The notes beneath the pieces are model-generated. The model saw only the letters and a program-made list of their open reading frames with translations. It was not told the origin of the DNA and made no database searches. From Eledone cirrhosa (lineage: Eukaryota), in contig OZ024764.1 of the NCBI GenBank assembly GCA_964016885.1, forward strand, positions 17,546,001 through 17,610,000: DNA of 64,000 nt, given 5' to 3'. How positions within the stretch are numbered: position 1 is the first letter of the stretch; each line of letters opens with the position of its first letter. The position numbers and the translations under genes were made by a program. Positions 28,175 through 40,805 of the stretch are shown piece by piece.

Positions 28175-28356
28175 CCCTTTAGCACTTAAACCGGACGTAT
28201 GCAGCCAGAATTCTCTCTTTCTGTTCAAACCAGCCACTCACACCGATGGTAAGGTATTTTTCTCAAAATAAAAAACATCAAAATCTCAGATTATGTGAGA
28301 TAGAGTTTACTGTGAAAATACAATAGTAAATATAGGCTAATGTAAATGCAAAAGGG
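28175..28356 (+). mobile_element. piggyBac-like (TTAA) MITE, unexpanded copy
   Basis: ttaa|ccctttagc ... gcaaaaggg|tttaa; further copies/fragments at ~8425, 11150, 11455, 12230, 21010, 47730-48540. Confidence 0.75.
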
Positions 28357-28380
28357 TTTAACATGGTTGATGTAAATATA

Positions 28381-29042
28381 CAGTGAATCTTCGCTTATCC
28401 GGACGGTCAAAACCAAATAGTTAGAAAAAGATCCAGTTAAGTGAAATATCCGGATAAGTGAATTCTAAAATCCCATTGTTACATAATGCTCGTGGTTTCT
28501 AATGTTTTGGGTTCTTTTAGTCAAAATAAAAGACAAATGCTAAGTAAAGAAAGTTTATTAGAATAAAAGAGCAGCTAGAATTTATAAGAAAATTAATTAA
28601 ACAAACAAGAATAACTAAAAACTTTGTAAAACTGAATTCAAACCATAAAAAGTTAGTACTTTTATAAAAATGAATAAATAGAAGATTGTTTTCGCGCCGA
28701 AGCTCGTCGTTCCGCTACCATTTCATCGCAACAGATGAACGGTCAACCACCTCCCTCATGTTTATCGCACGTAAAAATGGATTCATTCCCGTGTCCCCTT
28801 TTCAGATCAAATCCCGCAGCAATTGTTTTCTGTAAATCGGCTTTAGTCTCTCCAAAACTACCTGGTCCATTGGCTGAATAAGTGACGTAATGTTCGCCAG
28901 AAGAAATGCTGCCCGAATCTGTCCGTCTGCCGAAATCAAGTCCTCCTCATCCGGAGGTAGTATAAAAATAGCCGTCCCGTAAATCAAATTTCAGAAAAGC
29001 GATATTCGGAAAAGCGATATCCGGATAAGCGAAGATGCACTG
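28381..29042 (-). mobile_element. Internally deleted pogo/Tigger-like DNA transposon
   Basis: TIRs cagtgaatcttcgcttatccgga / tccggataagcgaagatgcactg, TA duplications; internal DDE_1-like remnant FLLANITSLIQPMDQVVLERLKPIYRK (28802-28987). Confidence 0.85.
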
Positions 29043-29159
29043 TATATGTATATATTTGAAAAAAGGTAAAGAATGACTTCACTTGTAGTTGGTATTCTAC
29101 AGCAATTTAATTGTTTTGAAGAAGAAGCATGTGTGTGTTCAGTCAGTCATTTTGTAGGA

Positions 29160-30059
29160 GACCAGACCACAGCTCTGATACGACAGACATGTGGTTAGAA
29201 TGTCTGAGGAAAGAATCTCTGGATTGAGAGATCACAGCTCTGATACTACAGACATGTGGTTAGAATGTCTGAGGAAAGAATCTCTGAATTGAGAGATCAC
29301 AGCTCTGATACAACAGACATGTGGTTAGAATGTCTGAGGAAAGAATCTCTGAATTGAGAGATCACAGCTCTGATACTACAGACATGTGGTTAGAATGTCT
29401 GAGGAAAGAATCTCTGAATTGAGAGATCACAGCTCTGATACAACAGACATGTGGTTAGAATGTCTCAGGAGAGAATCTCTGGATTGAGAGATCACAGCTC
29501 TGATACTACAGACATGTGGTTAGAATGTCTGAGGAAAGAATCTCTGGATTGAGAGATCACAGCTCTGATACTACAGACATGTGGTTAGAATGTCTGAGGA
29601 AAGAATCTCTGGGTTGAGAGATCACAGCTCTGATACTACAGACATGTGGTTAGAATGTCTGAGGAAAGAATCTCTGGATTGAGAGATCACAGCTCTGATA
29701 CTACAGACATGTGGTTAGAATGTCTCAGGAAAGAATCTCTGAATTGAGAGATCACAGCTCTGATACTACAGACATGTGGTTAGAATGTCTCAGGAAAGAA
29801 TCTCTGAATTGAGAGACCACAGCTCTGATACTACAGACAAGTGGTTAGAATGTCTGAGGAAAGAATCATTGGACACATTTTACAGGCAAAACCAACCGGC
29901 AGGAGACCCAGGGGTGACCTCGAGCAAGATGGTTGGATAACATACATGAGCTTGGTTGGTCACGCTTGGGGATCCAGCCTGATCAGTTGGAGACAGAGGA
30001 CCAGCTGGAGTGTTTGAGGACTCTGCCTCCAAACCCTCAGGAATTAGTGGGCGAAGAAG

Positions 30060-30060
<1 letters not shown>
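29160..30060 (-). mobile_element. Dispersed element with an internal 59-bp array (~12 units, 29165-29880)
   Basis: Unit cagctctgatactacagacatgtggttagaatgtctgaggaaagaatctctggattgagagatca; inverted relative to 17850-18440. Confidence 0.85.
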
Positions 30061-30100
<40 letters not shown>

Positions 30101-30103
30101 ATG

Positions 30104-30138
<35 letters not shown>

Positions 30139-30224
30139 ATATATATATATGTGTGTATATATATACATACACACATCTCAATGCGTCCTCTTTGGATTTT
30201 GGTCTGTGTTTATCATTACTACTA

Positions 30225-33030
30225 TAAAAGACACATTAGAAAATGTAGTCCTAGATACACTGTGTCTGTATATAAGACAGGACACATTAGATAATGTAGT
30301 CCTAGATACACTGTGTCTGTATATAAGACATGACACATTAGATAATGTAGTCCTAGATAGACTATGTCTGTATATAAGACAGGACACATTAGATAATGTA
30401 GTCCTAGATACACTGTGTCTGTATATAAGACAGGACACATTAGATAATGTAGTCCTAGATACACTGTGTCTGTATATAAGACATGACACATTAGATAATG
30501 TAGTCCTAGATAGACTATGTCTGTATATAAGACAGGACACATTAGATAATGTAGTCCTAGATACACTGTGTCTGTATATAAGACAGGACACATTAGATAA
30601 TGTAGTCCTAGGTACACTGTGTCTGTATATAAGACAGGACACATTAGATAATGTAGTCCTAGGTACACTGTGTCTGTATATAAGACAGGACACATTAGAT
30701 AATGTAGTCCTAGATACACTGTGTCTGTATATAAGACAGGACACATTAGATAATGTAGTCCTAGATACACTGTGTCTGTAGATAAGACAGGACACATTAG
30801 ATAATGTAGTCCTAGATACACTGTGTCTGTATATAAGACAGGACACATTAGATAATGTAGTCCTAGGTACACTGTGTCTGTATATAAGACAGGACACATT
30901 AGATAATGTAGTCCTAGATACACTGTGTCTGTATATAAGACAGGACACATTAGATAATGTAGTCCTAGATACACTGTGTCTGTAGATAAGACAGGACACA
31001 TTAGATAATGTAGTCCTAGATACACTGTGTCTGTATATAAGACAGGACACATTAGATAATGTAGTCCTAGGTACACTGTGTCTGTATATAAGACAGGACA
31101 CATTAGATAATGTAGTCCTAGATACACTGTGTCTGTATATAAGACAGGACACATTAGATAATGTAGTCCTAGATACACTGTGTCTGTAGATAAGACAGGA
31201 CACATTAGATAATGTAGTCCTAGATACACTGTGTCTGTATATAAGACAGGACACATTAGATAATGTAGTCCTAGATACACTGTGTCTGTATATAAGACAG
31301 GACACATTAGATAATGTAGTCCTAGATACACTGTGTCTGTATATAAGACAGGACACATTAGATAATGTAGTCCTAGGTAGACTGTGTCTGTATATAAGAC
31401 AGGACACATTAGATAATGTAGTCCTAGGTAGACTGTGTCTGTATATAAGACAGGACACATTAGATAATGTAGTCCTAGATAGACTGTGTCTGTATATAAG
31501 ACAGGACACATTAGATAATGTAGTCCTAGGTAGACTGTGTCTGTATATAAGACAGGACACATTAGATAATGTAGTCCTAGGTAGACTGTGTCTGTATATA
31601 AGACAGGACACATTAGATAATGTAGTCCTAGATAGACTGTGTCTGTATATAAGACAGGACACTTTAGATAATGTAGTCCTAGGTAGACTGTGTCTGTATA
31701 TAAGACAGGACACATTAGATAATGTAGTCCTAGGTAGACTGTGTCTGTATATAAGACAGGACACATTAGATAATGTAGTCCTAGGTAGACTGTGTCTGTA
31801 TATAAGACAGGACACATTAGATAATGTAGTCCTAGATACACTGTGTCTGTATATAAGACAGGACACATTAGATAATGTAGTCCTAGGTAGACTGTGTCTG
31901 TATATAAGATAGGACACATTAGATAATGTAGTCCTAGGTAGACTGTGTCTGTATATAAGACAGGACACATTAGATAATGTAGTCCTAGGTAGACTGTGTC
32001 TGTATATAAGACAGGACACATTAGATAATGTAGTCCTAGATACACTGTCTGTATATAAGACAGGACACATTAGATAGTGTAGTCCTAGATACACTGTGTC
32101 TGTATATAAGACAGGACACATTAGATAATGTAGTCCTAGGTAGACTGTGTCTGTAGATAAGACAGGACACATTAGATAATGTAGTCCTAGATACACTGTG
32201 TCTGTATATAAGACAGGACACATTAGATAATGTAGTCCTAGATACACTGTGTCTGTATATAAGACAGGACACATTAGATAATGTAGTCCTAGGTACACTG
32301 TGTCTGTAGATAAGACAGGACACATTAGATAATGTAGTCCTAGGTAGACTGTGTCTGTATATAAGACAGGACACATTAGATAATGTAGTCCTAGATACAC
32401 TGTGTCTGTAGATAAGACAGGACACATTAGATAATGTAGTCCTAGGTACACTGTGTCTGTATATAAGACAGGACACATTAGATAATGTAGTCCTAGATAC
32501 ACTGTGTCTGTAGATAAGACAGGACACATTAGATAATGTAGTCCTAGGTACACTGTGTCTGTATATAAGACAGGACACATTAGATAATGTAGTCCTAGAT
32601 ACACTGTGTCTGTATATATGACAGGACACATTAGATAGTGTAGTCCTAGGTACACTGTGTCTGTATATAAGACAAGACACATTAGATAATGTAGTCCTAG
32701 GTACACTGTGTCTGTATATAAGACAGGACACATTAGATAATGTAGTCCTAGGTAGACTGTGTCTGTATATAAGACAGGACACATTAGATAATGTAGTCCT
32801 AGGTACACTGTGTCTGTATATAAGACAAGACACATTAGATAATGTAGTCCTAGGTACACTGTGTCTGTATATAAGACAGGACACATTAGATAATGTAGTC
32901 CTAGGTAGACTGTGTCTGTATATAAGACAGGACACATTAGATAATGTAGTCCTAGGTACACCGTGTCTGTATATAAGACAGGACACATAATATAGTCCTA
33001 GATACACTGTGTCTGTATATAAGACAGGAT
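30225..33030 (+). repeat. 51-bp satellite array 2 (~55 units)
   Basis: Same unit as 21790-23410. Confidence 0.97.
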
Positions 33031-33810
33031 GGCCACGGCTGGAACATCTTTGATCACGGTAGGTTCTTCTGATCGATGAGGTGTTGGCCTGGGGCTAAAC
33101 AACAACAGAAAGGAAGCAATGCTGACCCAGTTTCTTTGCTAGAAATAACAGCCAAATGGATCCCCGATCCAATCAAAACTTGACGGTATGGCCATGTTTG
33201 GATACACATGTGACTGACCTAGAGCTAAACAAGGCACAGGAACCTGGATGTGGCCATATTACTTGCTAGAAATAGCAGCCAAAGACCTTTTAAAAAAAGT
33301 ACCACCACCAACGCCTCCATGGAACTCACGTTGGCATCGTCCTAAATCATGAATAGGGTAGGACTGACCTAGGGCTAAACGACGTCAACACCAAGACCTC
33401 CATGTGGTCGCTAGAAATAGCAGACAAAATATCAACAACGACCAATCTCTTTAAGAAATTGATCGGATGGTCACGGCTGGAGTGCATCTGATCACCAATA
33501 GGTCCTGTCCACCCAGTCAAGATTGACCCGGGGTTAAACAAACTCTACGCGCTAGCTGTACTTGCTAGAAATAGCAGCCGAATTTCACCTCACAACTTCG
33601 TTAAAACGAACTTGCCTACGGCTGGTCTCCATAAGTGCTAGAAATAGCAGCCAAATCTCGCATCAGAACCTCGTTAAACCGAACACGGCCGCCATTTGAT
33701 CTGTATACTTGCTAGAAATAGCAGCCGAACCTCCCTCGGGATCGGAACACTTTTGATCACATGTCTAGTGGATCATGACCGACCTAGGGCTAAACAACAA
33801 CAAACTAGAA
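33030..33810 (+). repeat. Cluster of degenerate repeated SINE-tail-like modules
   Basis: gctagaaatagcagcc x~6 and gacctagggctaaac x~5. Confidence 0.6.
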
Positions 33811-33943
33811 GAAAGGACGTGGAATGAACAAAAACGACGGGATGGTCACAAATGGAAAGCCCCCCACGTTCGCAACACCAGAGACTGCGCATATATATAG
33901 CACATATATATATTTACACATAATTACACAGATACATATATAA

Positions 33944-33980
<37 letters not shown>

Positions 33981-34211
33981 AACGCACACACATATATATA
34001 TAAACACACACACACATATATATATATATACACATATATATACAACACATACATAAACATATATATATAAACACACACACATATACATAAACATACATAT
34101 ATATATATACAACACACATACATATATATATACAACACATACATAAACATATATAAACACACACACATATAAACATACACACACATACATATATACAACA
34201 CACACACAAAC

Positions 34212-34244
<33 letters not shown>

Positions 34245-34486
34245 TACATAAACATACACACATATATATATACACACAAACACGAGAAAACGACAAAAGA
34301 AGCTAAGAGGAAGTAGGAGGGAACACATGTGAGGAGTAGGAAGAGGTAACAAAACGGTGGCGTTTCTCAAATACGATTTAAAAGGTGCAACACACCCCCA
34401 CGCGCGGGTGGGTGTGTACGTTAAGGACCCCAGATGATTGCATATATATATATATATGGATATAAATATATATATATATACACACA

Positions 34487-34586
34487 CAGGGTGTCCCACA
34501 AAAATATATACACACTTTGATTACCTATACAAGCAATATTTACTAGAATGCCGTTGAAGTGTGTATACATTTTTTGGGACACCCTG
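34487..34586. mobile_element. Tc1/mariner-type MITE
   Basis: TIRs cagggtgtccca / tgggacaccctg. Confidence 0.75.
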
Positions 34587-34713
34587 CCTGTGTATGTATG
34601 TATATATATATAGGAACGATCGACTTTCGTCAAATCGGACCGGGGGAACAATGTTTCCGTTGGTCTTTCCAATTGCTAGTACTATCTATCGGTCGCAACT
34701 CCACGATTTGAGT

Positions 34714-34788
34714 AGTGACGCGCGTTTCGCTATTGATCAGCTCAAGGTTCGATCTGGCCCGACTTTTGAATCAAAAGCTCGTCGGTCC
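34714..34788 (-). ncRNA. Minimal hammerhead-like motif with a CCGACGA core variant
   Basis: Minus: CCGACGA-GCTTTTGATT..TGATCAATAGC-GAA-ACGCGCGT (palindrome)-C; GUC triplet; stem I weak. Confidence 0.55.
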
Positions 34789-34819
34789 TCTGCTTTTATA
34801 TATATATATATATATGTTC

Positions 34820-34861
<42 letters not shown>

Positions 34862-34949
34862 ATAATAATAAATTTGAAGACTAAAATCCAGAGAGGGCTC
34901 GATAAGGATAAATATATATCAGATATATAAGAACTGTAGAGCAAATATT

Positions 34950-35076
34950 TATTAAAATAACAGATTAAAGTTTAAGCAAAGAATCGCTGCTTTCACCCTT
35001 AACGGGATCTTCTGAAGATCCCGTTAAGGGTGAAAGCAGCGATTCTTTGCTTAAACTTTAATCTGTTATTTTAATA
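34950..35076. repeat. Perfect palindrome, 63-bp arms, 1-nt centre (35013)
   Basis: Arm-by-arm reverse complement read directly. Confidence 0.95.
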
Positions 35077-35874
35077 TATATATCACACAAGTGTGTTATG
35101 GTCCGCTTTCCCTACTAGCAGAGGTCGGACGGGTCTACACACATCGCATCCCTGCGTGTTGTAAGAGACAACTAAAAAAAAAAGGGGGGGGGGGGGGCGC
35201 CATGAAGGGTCTCCTTCCGGACTGAAAAACATTCAGTCCGACCCATGCAAGCATGGGAAAAGTGGACGTAAAAACGACGATCGGTGAATCAGATACCATG
35301 CTTTGCAGCATAGAGTTACAGCCCTTTACGATCTGATTTCAAATCCCGCCGAGGTTAGCTTTGCCTCTCATTCTTACGGGGTCGATAAAATAAAGTACCA
35401 GTAATGCACTGGTGTTGATTTAATCGTCTTTCCTCTCCCCAAAAATTACTGACCTTGTACCTAAAGTAGAAATCGTTATTTATATGAAATATTTACCATG
35501 ACCCCGTGTGGCTAAAGTGCTCGCTTCTAAACCCCGACGAGGTCCTGGGCCCAGTCTTGTCTCACTGAATACACCTCCTTGGGTCAAATGTCTTCTACAC
35601 TTCTATAGCTTCATCGGGGTTGACCGATCGATGCATTGCGAGTGGATTTAGGGAATTTGGTAGGCAGAAATTGCAGAAGCTCCCTTTCCCCCGCCAAAGA
35701 GAATGATAAAATAAATACCAAAAATTTTTGAGGGGGATTTTTTTATTTATTTGGCGGTGACAACCCTTACAAGAATCTTGGGTAATGACCGAAAGAATCC
35801 GATCGCGAATACAAATGGCAGAAATGGGGTTCCTCTGAAGGGTCTTTGGAGAAACTTTACTCGATAAAGTGCGC

Positions 35875-36190
35875 AGCTCAGAGATCAGAGAGTCACTCCA
35901 GGTAGAGCCCCTACCTCTTTGAATTGAGAGATCACAGCTCTGATACTAGACACGTGGTTAGAATGTCTGAGGAAAGAATCACTGGACAGATTTTATGGGC
36001 AAAACCAACCGGCAAGAGACCCAGGGAGGGGTAGATCCCGAGCAAGATGGTTGGACAACAGCCATAAGCTTGGCTGTTCTCACTTGAAAATCAAGCCTGA
36101 TCAGTTGGAGATGGTCACGCCTGACAGGGCCCGCTGGAAGGAGTGTTTGAGGTCTCTTGCCCCCCACGACCCTCTCAGGAATAAGTGGGA
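35875..36190 (-). mobile_element. Single-unit parent copy of the 59-bp-array element
   Basis: One 59-bp monomer with flanks matching those of 29160-30060 and 17850-18440. Confidence 0.75.
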
Positions 36191-36948
36191 GAAGAAGAAA
36201 AGGCGGCCGGGTTGATCAACCTTTCTCTTAAGAGTCGTGACCCAGAATGGCTCGCAGTCAAAATACTTGAAACCAATATTAATAAAAAAAAAAAGAAATG
36301 TGTCAACATCCGGTTGACTTGGGGGAAATTTTGAAATTGAAAATGTAGTCGTTGCAATGTAAATAACTATAATAATTGTTGCTGTTGTATAAAGGCAACA
36401 ATTTTAGGGGAGACCGATTCAAAGTCGACCCCCACCCACTCGCCGTAACGGACGAAAGGTAAAATTGACCTCGAAGGGATTTGAATCCAGGGAGCACAGC
36501 ATCTCAAGGGCCCCCAGTCCCACAGCCTCCCATCTCCCGGGAAGGATGCTAGAGCTCAGAAATCTTACACCAATTTCAAACTCTTCTTATTAATAACTGC
36601 ATTGTTTCTTTCTAGGGACGGTGTAGAAAAAATAAACCTCATTTGGTCATTCCATGAGAGTATCTTGGTCAGTCTACGAATTCTTTTAGCCGATCCTCGT
36701 GTGCACAGGGGGTTAGATCTAGAGCTTGGGGAGCCCAGGGCACTTTAAGTTTAGGGAGGACCTTCATACACAATCAGAATTCACTGCAAATCTCCCAATT
36801 TTACATATCAAAGTTCTACATACAGGTAATAAAGTAAATTCAAAAATTCTAACCGTCCTAAAACTAAAAAGCCCAGCTGAGGGCACAAATAAATTGTTAC
36901 GGCCGTCGCTGGAGGGGCCCGGGGTAATGACCCCATTATATCCAACCT

Positions 36949-36991
<43 letters not shown>

Positions 36992-37123
36992 GTGAGGCTT
37001 TTTTTACAAAATGAAAAATAACCGAGGTGTCCTACACGAGTGAAAGTATAAAGAAAAAGAGATGAAATCGAAAATGCAACTGGAGTCTTATTTTTTTTTT
37101 TAAATATATATATTTATTTGGTT

Positions 37124-37159
<36 letters not shown>

Positions 37160-37364
37160 GTCATATACGAGCGAGACACGGTCACCCGACCAATCTTGCC
37201 CCAAGTGGGACAACTCCCGTCTAACCCATGCCAGCGTGGAAGATGGACGTTAAACGATAATGATATATATATATATATATATATAAAACGAAGGAAATGT
37301 GGTAAGGAACCAGGTGGACCATGACGCACCAAAGTACTCAATACTTAGAGTAGTAGAGTGGGTA

Positions 37365-37492
37365 ATAGGAACGAGTAGGACCCCGACGGCTGAGCTCAAG
37401 CCGTTTCGACGGCTAATTCTGGACAGAATTGAGTCCAGAATTAGCCGTCGAAACGGCTTGAGCTCAGCCGTCGGGGTCCCACTCGTTCCTAT
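37365..37492. repeat. Near-perfect palindrome, ~60-bp arms, 8-nt loop
   Basis: ataggaacgagtaggaccccgacgg..ggac agaattga gtcc..ccgtcggggtcccactcgttcctat. Confidence 0.93.
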
Positions 37493-37739
37493 ATATATAT
37501 ATATATATATACACACATAGTGTAAACGTGGTTGGTGTTAGGAAGGGCACCCAACTATAAAATCCCTGGCCGAATTAACAGCCCTCGGTCGGAGGAGGGT
37601 ACGGCGTGGCCGAAGTGGCTAGATTTGTCTTGTCCCCCAACGTGGACGACCCACTTAACCCATGCAAGCATGGCAAGATGGACGCTAAACGAAGATGATA
37701 CGAAAGTGACTGAATCAGAAACATTTATGGGTTTTTACA

Positions 37740-37811
37740 TGGAAACCGAAATTAAAACTAACTCGGGTACGTAGATCTACGTACCCGAGTTAGTTTTAAT
37801 TTCGGTTTCCA
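37740..37811. repeat. Perfect palindrome, 36-bp arms, no loop
   Basis: tggaaaccgaaattaaaactaactcgggtacgtaga|tctacgtacccgagttagttttaatttcggtttcca. Confidence 0.95.
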
Positions 37812-38032
37812 AGAAATCCACCTAACGTTTCTGAGTCAATCATATTCGTGGCCTCGTGGTTAAAATGGTGTTCATAAACGACTATAAGATCGTAAAGGGT
37901 ACGATTCCCAGACAGGGGTGCCACATATAAGGGTTTTGATTGTGAGCAAGAAACGGTGACCTTGGCCTTCACGGAAAGGGCCGGAACCAATTAGACCGCA
38001 TGTGTCGATTTCATTATAAAGACACACAGACA

Positions 38033-38080
<48 letters not shown>

Positions 38081-38139
38081 GATATATATATATATATACA
38101 CGTCAATACATACAGAAATATATAACATATGTATAAATG

Positions 38140-38179
<40 letters not shown>

Positions 38180-38180
<1 letters not shown>

Positions 38181-38281
38181 AGGAAGTTCCAAAAAAATGT
38201 ATATACACTTAAACAGTATTTTAATAAATATTGCCTGTGCAGGTAATCAAAGTGTGTATACATTTTTTTGGAGACACCTTG
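38180..38281. mobile_element. Tc1/mariner-type MITE (diverged)
   Basis: Same internal sequence as the 9533/34487 copies, inside a TA tract. Confidence 0.6.
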
Positions 38282-38532
38282 TATATATATATATATATAT
38301 AAAAGTTTATATACAGGACTAGTACTGTTTCATTCGTACTAAATCATCAGGAATGTCTGATGTATATATATATATCTGTATATATATATACACACACACA
38401 TATACACACAAGCACATACATATATCTATATATAGACAAAACATTTATGTTTCAAAACAAGTGTTTAATAGCGAAACGAAAGAGAAAGAGATTTCACCAG
38501 AATCTTAAGCAAGATTTTCTACACGATCCCAG

Positions 38533-38564
<32 letters not shown>

Positions 38565-38651
38565 TATATATACACATATATATATATATATATATACATA
38601 CAAACATATATATATTTATATATATATATGTATATATATACATACACACAT

Positions 38652-38682
<31 letters not shown>

Positions 38683-38884
38683 TATACATATATATAAAGG
38701 AACGATCGACTTTCGTCAAATCGGACCGAGGAAACAATGTTTCCACCCGTCTTTCCAATTGCTAATACTATCTATTGGTGGCAACTCCAGGTATATATAT
38801 ATAGATATATATAAACGATCAAGGGTGTGTAAAGTGTAATATCACTATGCGTAGAAAGCATGTGTGTATGTATATATAATACAC

Positions 38885-38922
<38 letters not shown>

Positions 38923-39216
38923 TTTCTGCAACTACTGACTGCAATTCGATATAAGAGAGGGGAGAAGAGATAAAGCCTGTCTGAGAGAGCCCCCCCCCCT
39001 CTCTTTCTCTCTATATATATACATATATATATATAGAGAGAGGGGGGGAATCTTCCCTCTTTCTAACACACACATACATATATACACATATATATATAAG
39101 GTGAGAGGGTAAGACATACACATAGGTACATAGAGATATAAAGAGAGGGATATACATATACACAAAGAGAGAGAGAGAGGGGGGGATATATATATATATA
39201 GAGAGAGAGAGAAGGT

Positions 39217-39254
<38 letters not shown>

Positions 39255-39293
39255 GAGAGAGGGAGATATATCTATATACAGAAAGAGAGGGAG

Positions 39294-39328
<35 letters not shown>

Positions 39329-39342
39329 CACACACAGAGAGG

Positions 39343-39379
<37 letters not shown>

Positions 39380-39616
39380 TATATATATAGAGAGAGAGAG
39401 AGGGAGAAGACGAGAGAGAGAGATATACATCTATATAGCGAGAACGTGCGATCGAGAGAAAAAGATATGGCGAAGATACGAGAGTAACAGGGTACAGCGT
39501 GTGTGTGTGTATATATATATTATACATACATATATATGTCTATGTATATATATACACGCATGCTCTCTCTCTCTCTCTCCTATATATATATACTTCCTCG
39601 CTCTCTCTTTCTATAT

Positions 39617-39677
<61 letters not shown>

Positions 39678-39740
39678 ATCGTGATCTCACTAGAATGAAA
39701 CGGTTCTAGTCCGGTAGAAGACATTTATATATATATATAT

Positions 39741-39794
<54 letters not shown>

Positions 39795-39967
39795 AAAAAA
39801 CACACGAGGCGAGGAGAGATGAAACGAAAGAAATATAGACATATATATATAATGTACTATATATATATATATATATATATATAGTAAATATGAAAGTTAA
39901 ACGACCAGTAATATATATATATGTATATATATATACACGATTGAGTGTATATTAGATAGATTGATCA

Positions 39968-39999
<32 letters not shown>

Positions 40000-40057
40000 A
40001 GAAGGAAACACGGGGCTGAAGAGAGGAGGGACACACATGTATAACCTAGCAGTATAT

Positions 40058-40122
<65 letters not shown>

Positions 40123-40264
40123 TTAATATATATAGAGATCGAGATCTAAAAATATAGATTTTTATATATATATATATATATGCACATACACATGTATATA
40201 TAGACATAGATGTACTAAATATATAAGGATCTAAAAGATATATATATACACACACATATATATT

Positions 40265-40295
<31 letters not shown>

Positions 40296-40734
40296 ATAGA
40301 TATATAAAGGCATATACACATGATCAAACATCCATTCTTATCCAGAATTATTTTATTCCTTTCCTTAATACACAGACATATACATACATGCATGCATATA
40401 TACACACATGTATATATATCTTCTTAGATCTCTCTCTATATATATATTTATATAGTTAGCTTATACATGTGTATGTGTGTATATATATATGTATATATAT
40501 ATACTACTCTCTCTCTATATATATATACATACACACATGTGTATGTATATAATAGTATATATATATATATATATACGCCATTTTCTGGAGGTTCTTTTGC
40601 TTTACACAAAAAATGAGAGAGAGATATTCCATGTAAAGAGGATCGTTTGTCGGTCTCCAGGTGAAAGGTTTACCTGTTAGATGAAATATATTTGCCAATC
40701 AAAGGTGTGCAGTGATGATGCACGTTGAACTTAC

Positions 40735-40805
40735 CTGCCGGGAGGGTCTCCATAGCGACTGTCCCCCCTGAAGAAATTGTGGTTCGGATCCGAATAATCG
40801 GCCAT
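40735..40805 (-). CDS. EIF4H: eIF4H coding exon 1, MADYSDPNHNFFRGDSRYGDPPG(R)
   Basis: caaaATGG start context, MAD(F/Y) start as in eIF4H, AG|gtaagt phase-2 donor matching exon 2. Confidence 0.88.

Noticed and set aside
21745-33007. Very long ORFs (479-936 aa) on both strands with 17-aa repeats, also 49481-51622
   Set aside because: Products of a 51-bp (17-codon) satellite inside introns; open in several frames at once, no splice or domain evidence
37845-37915. tRNA-like A/B boxes (gtggcctcgtggttaa..ggtacgattccc), similar at 35505, 8810 and 11615
   Set aside because: No complete cloverleaf could be folded; more likely tRNA-derived SINE heads
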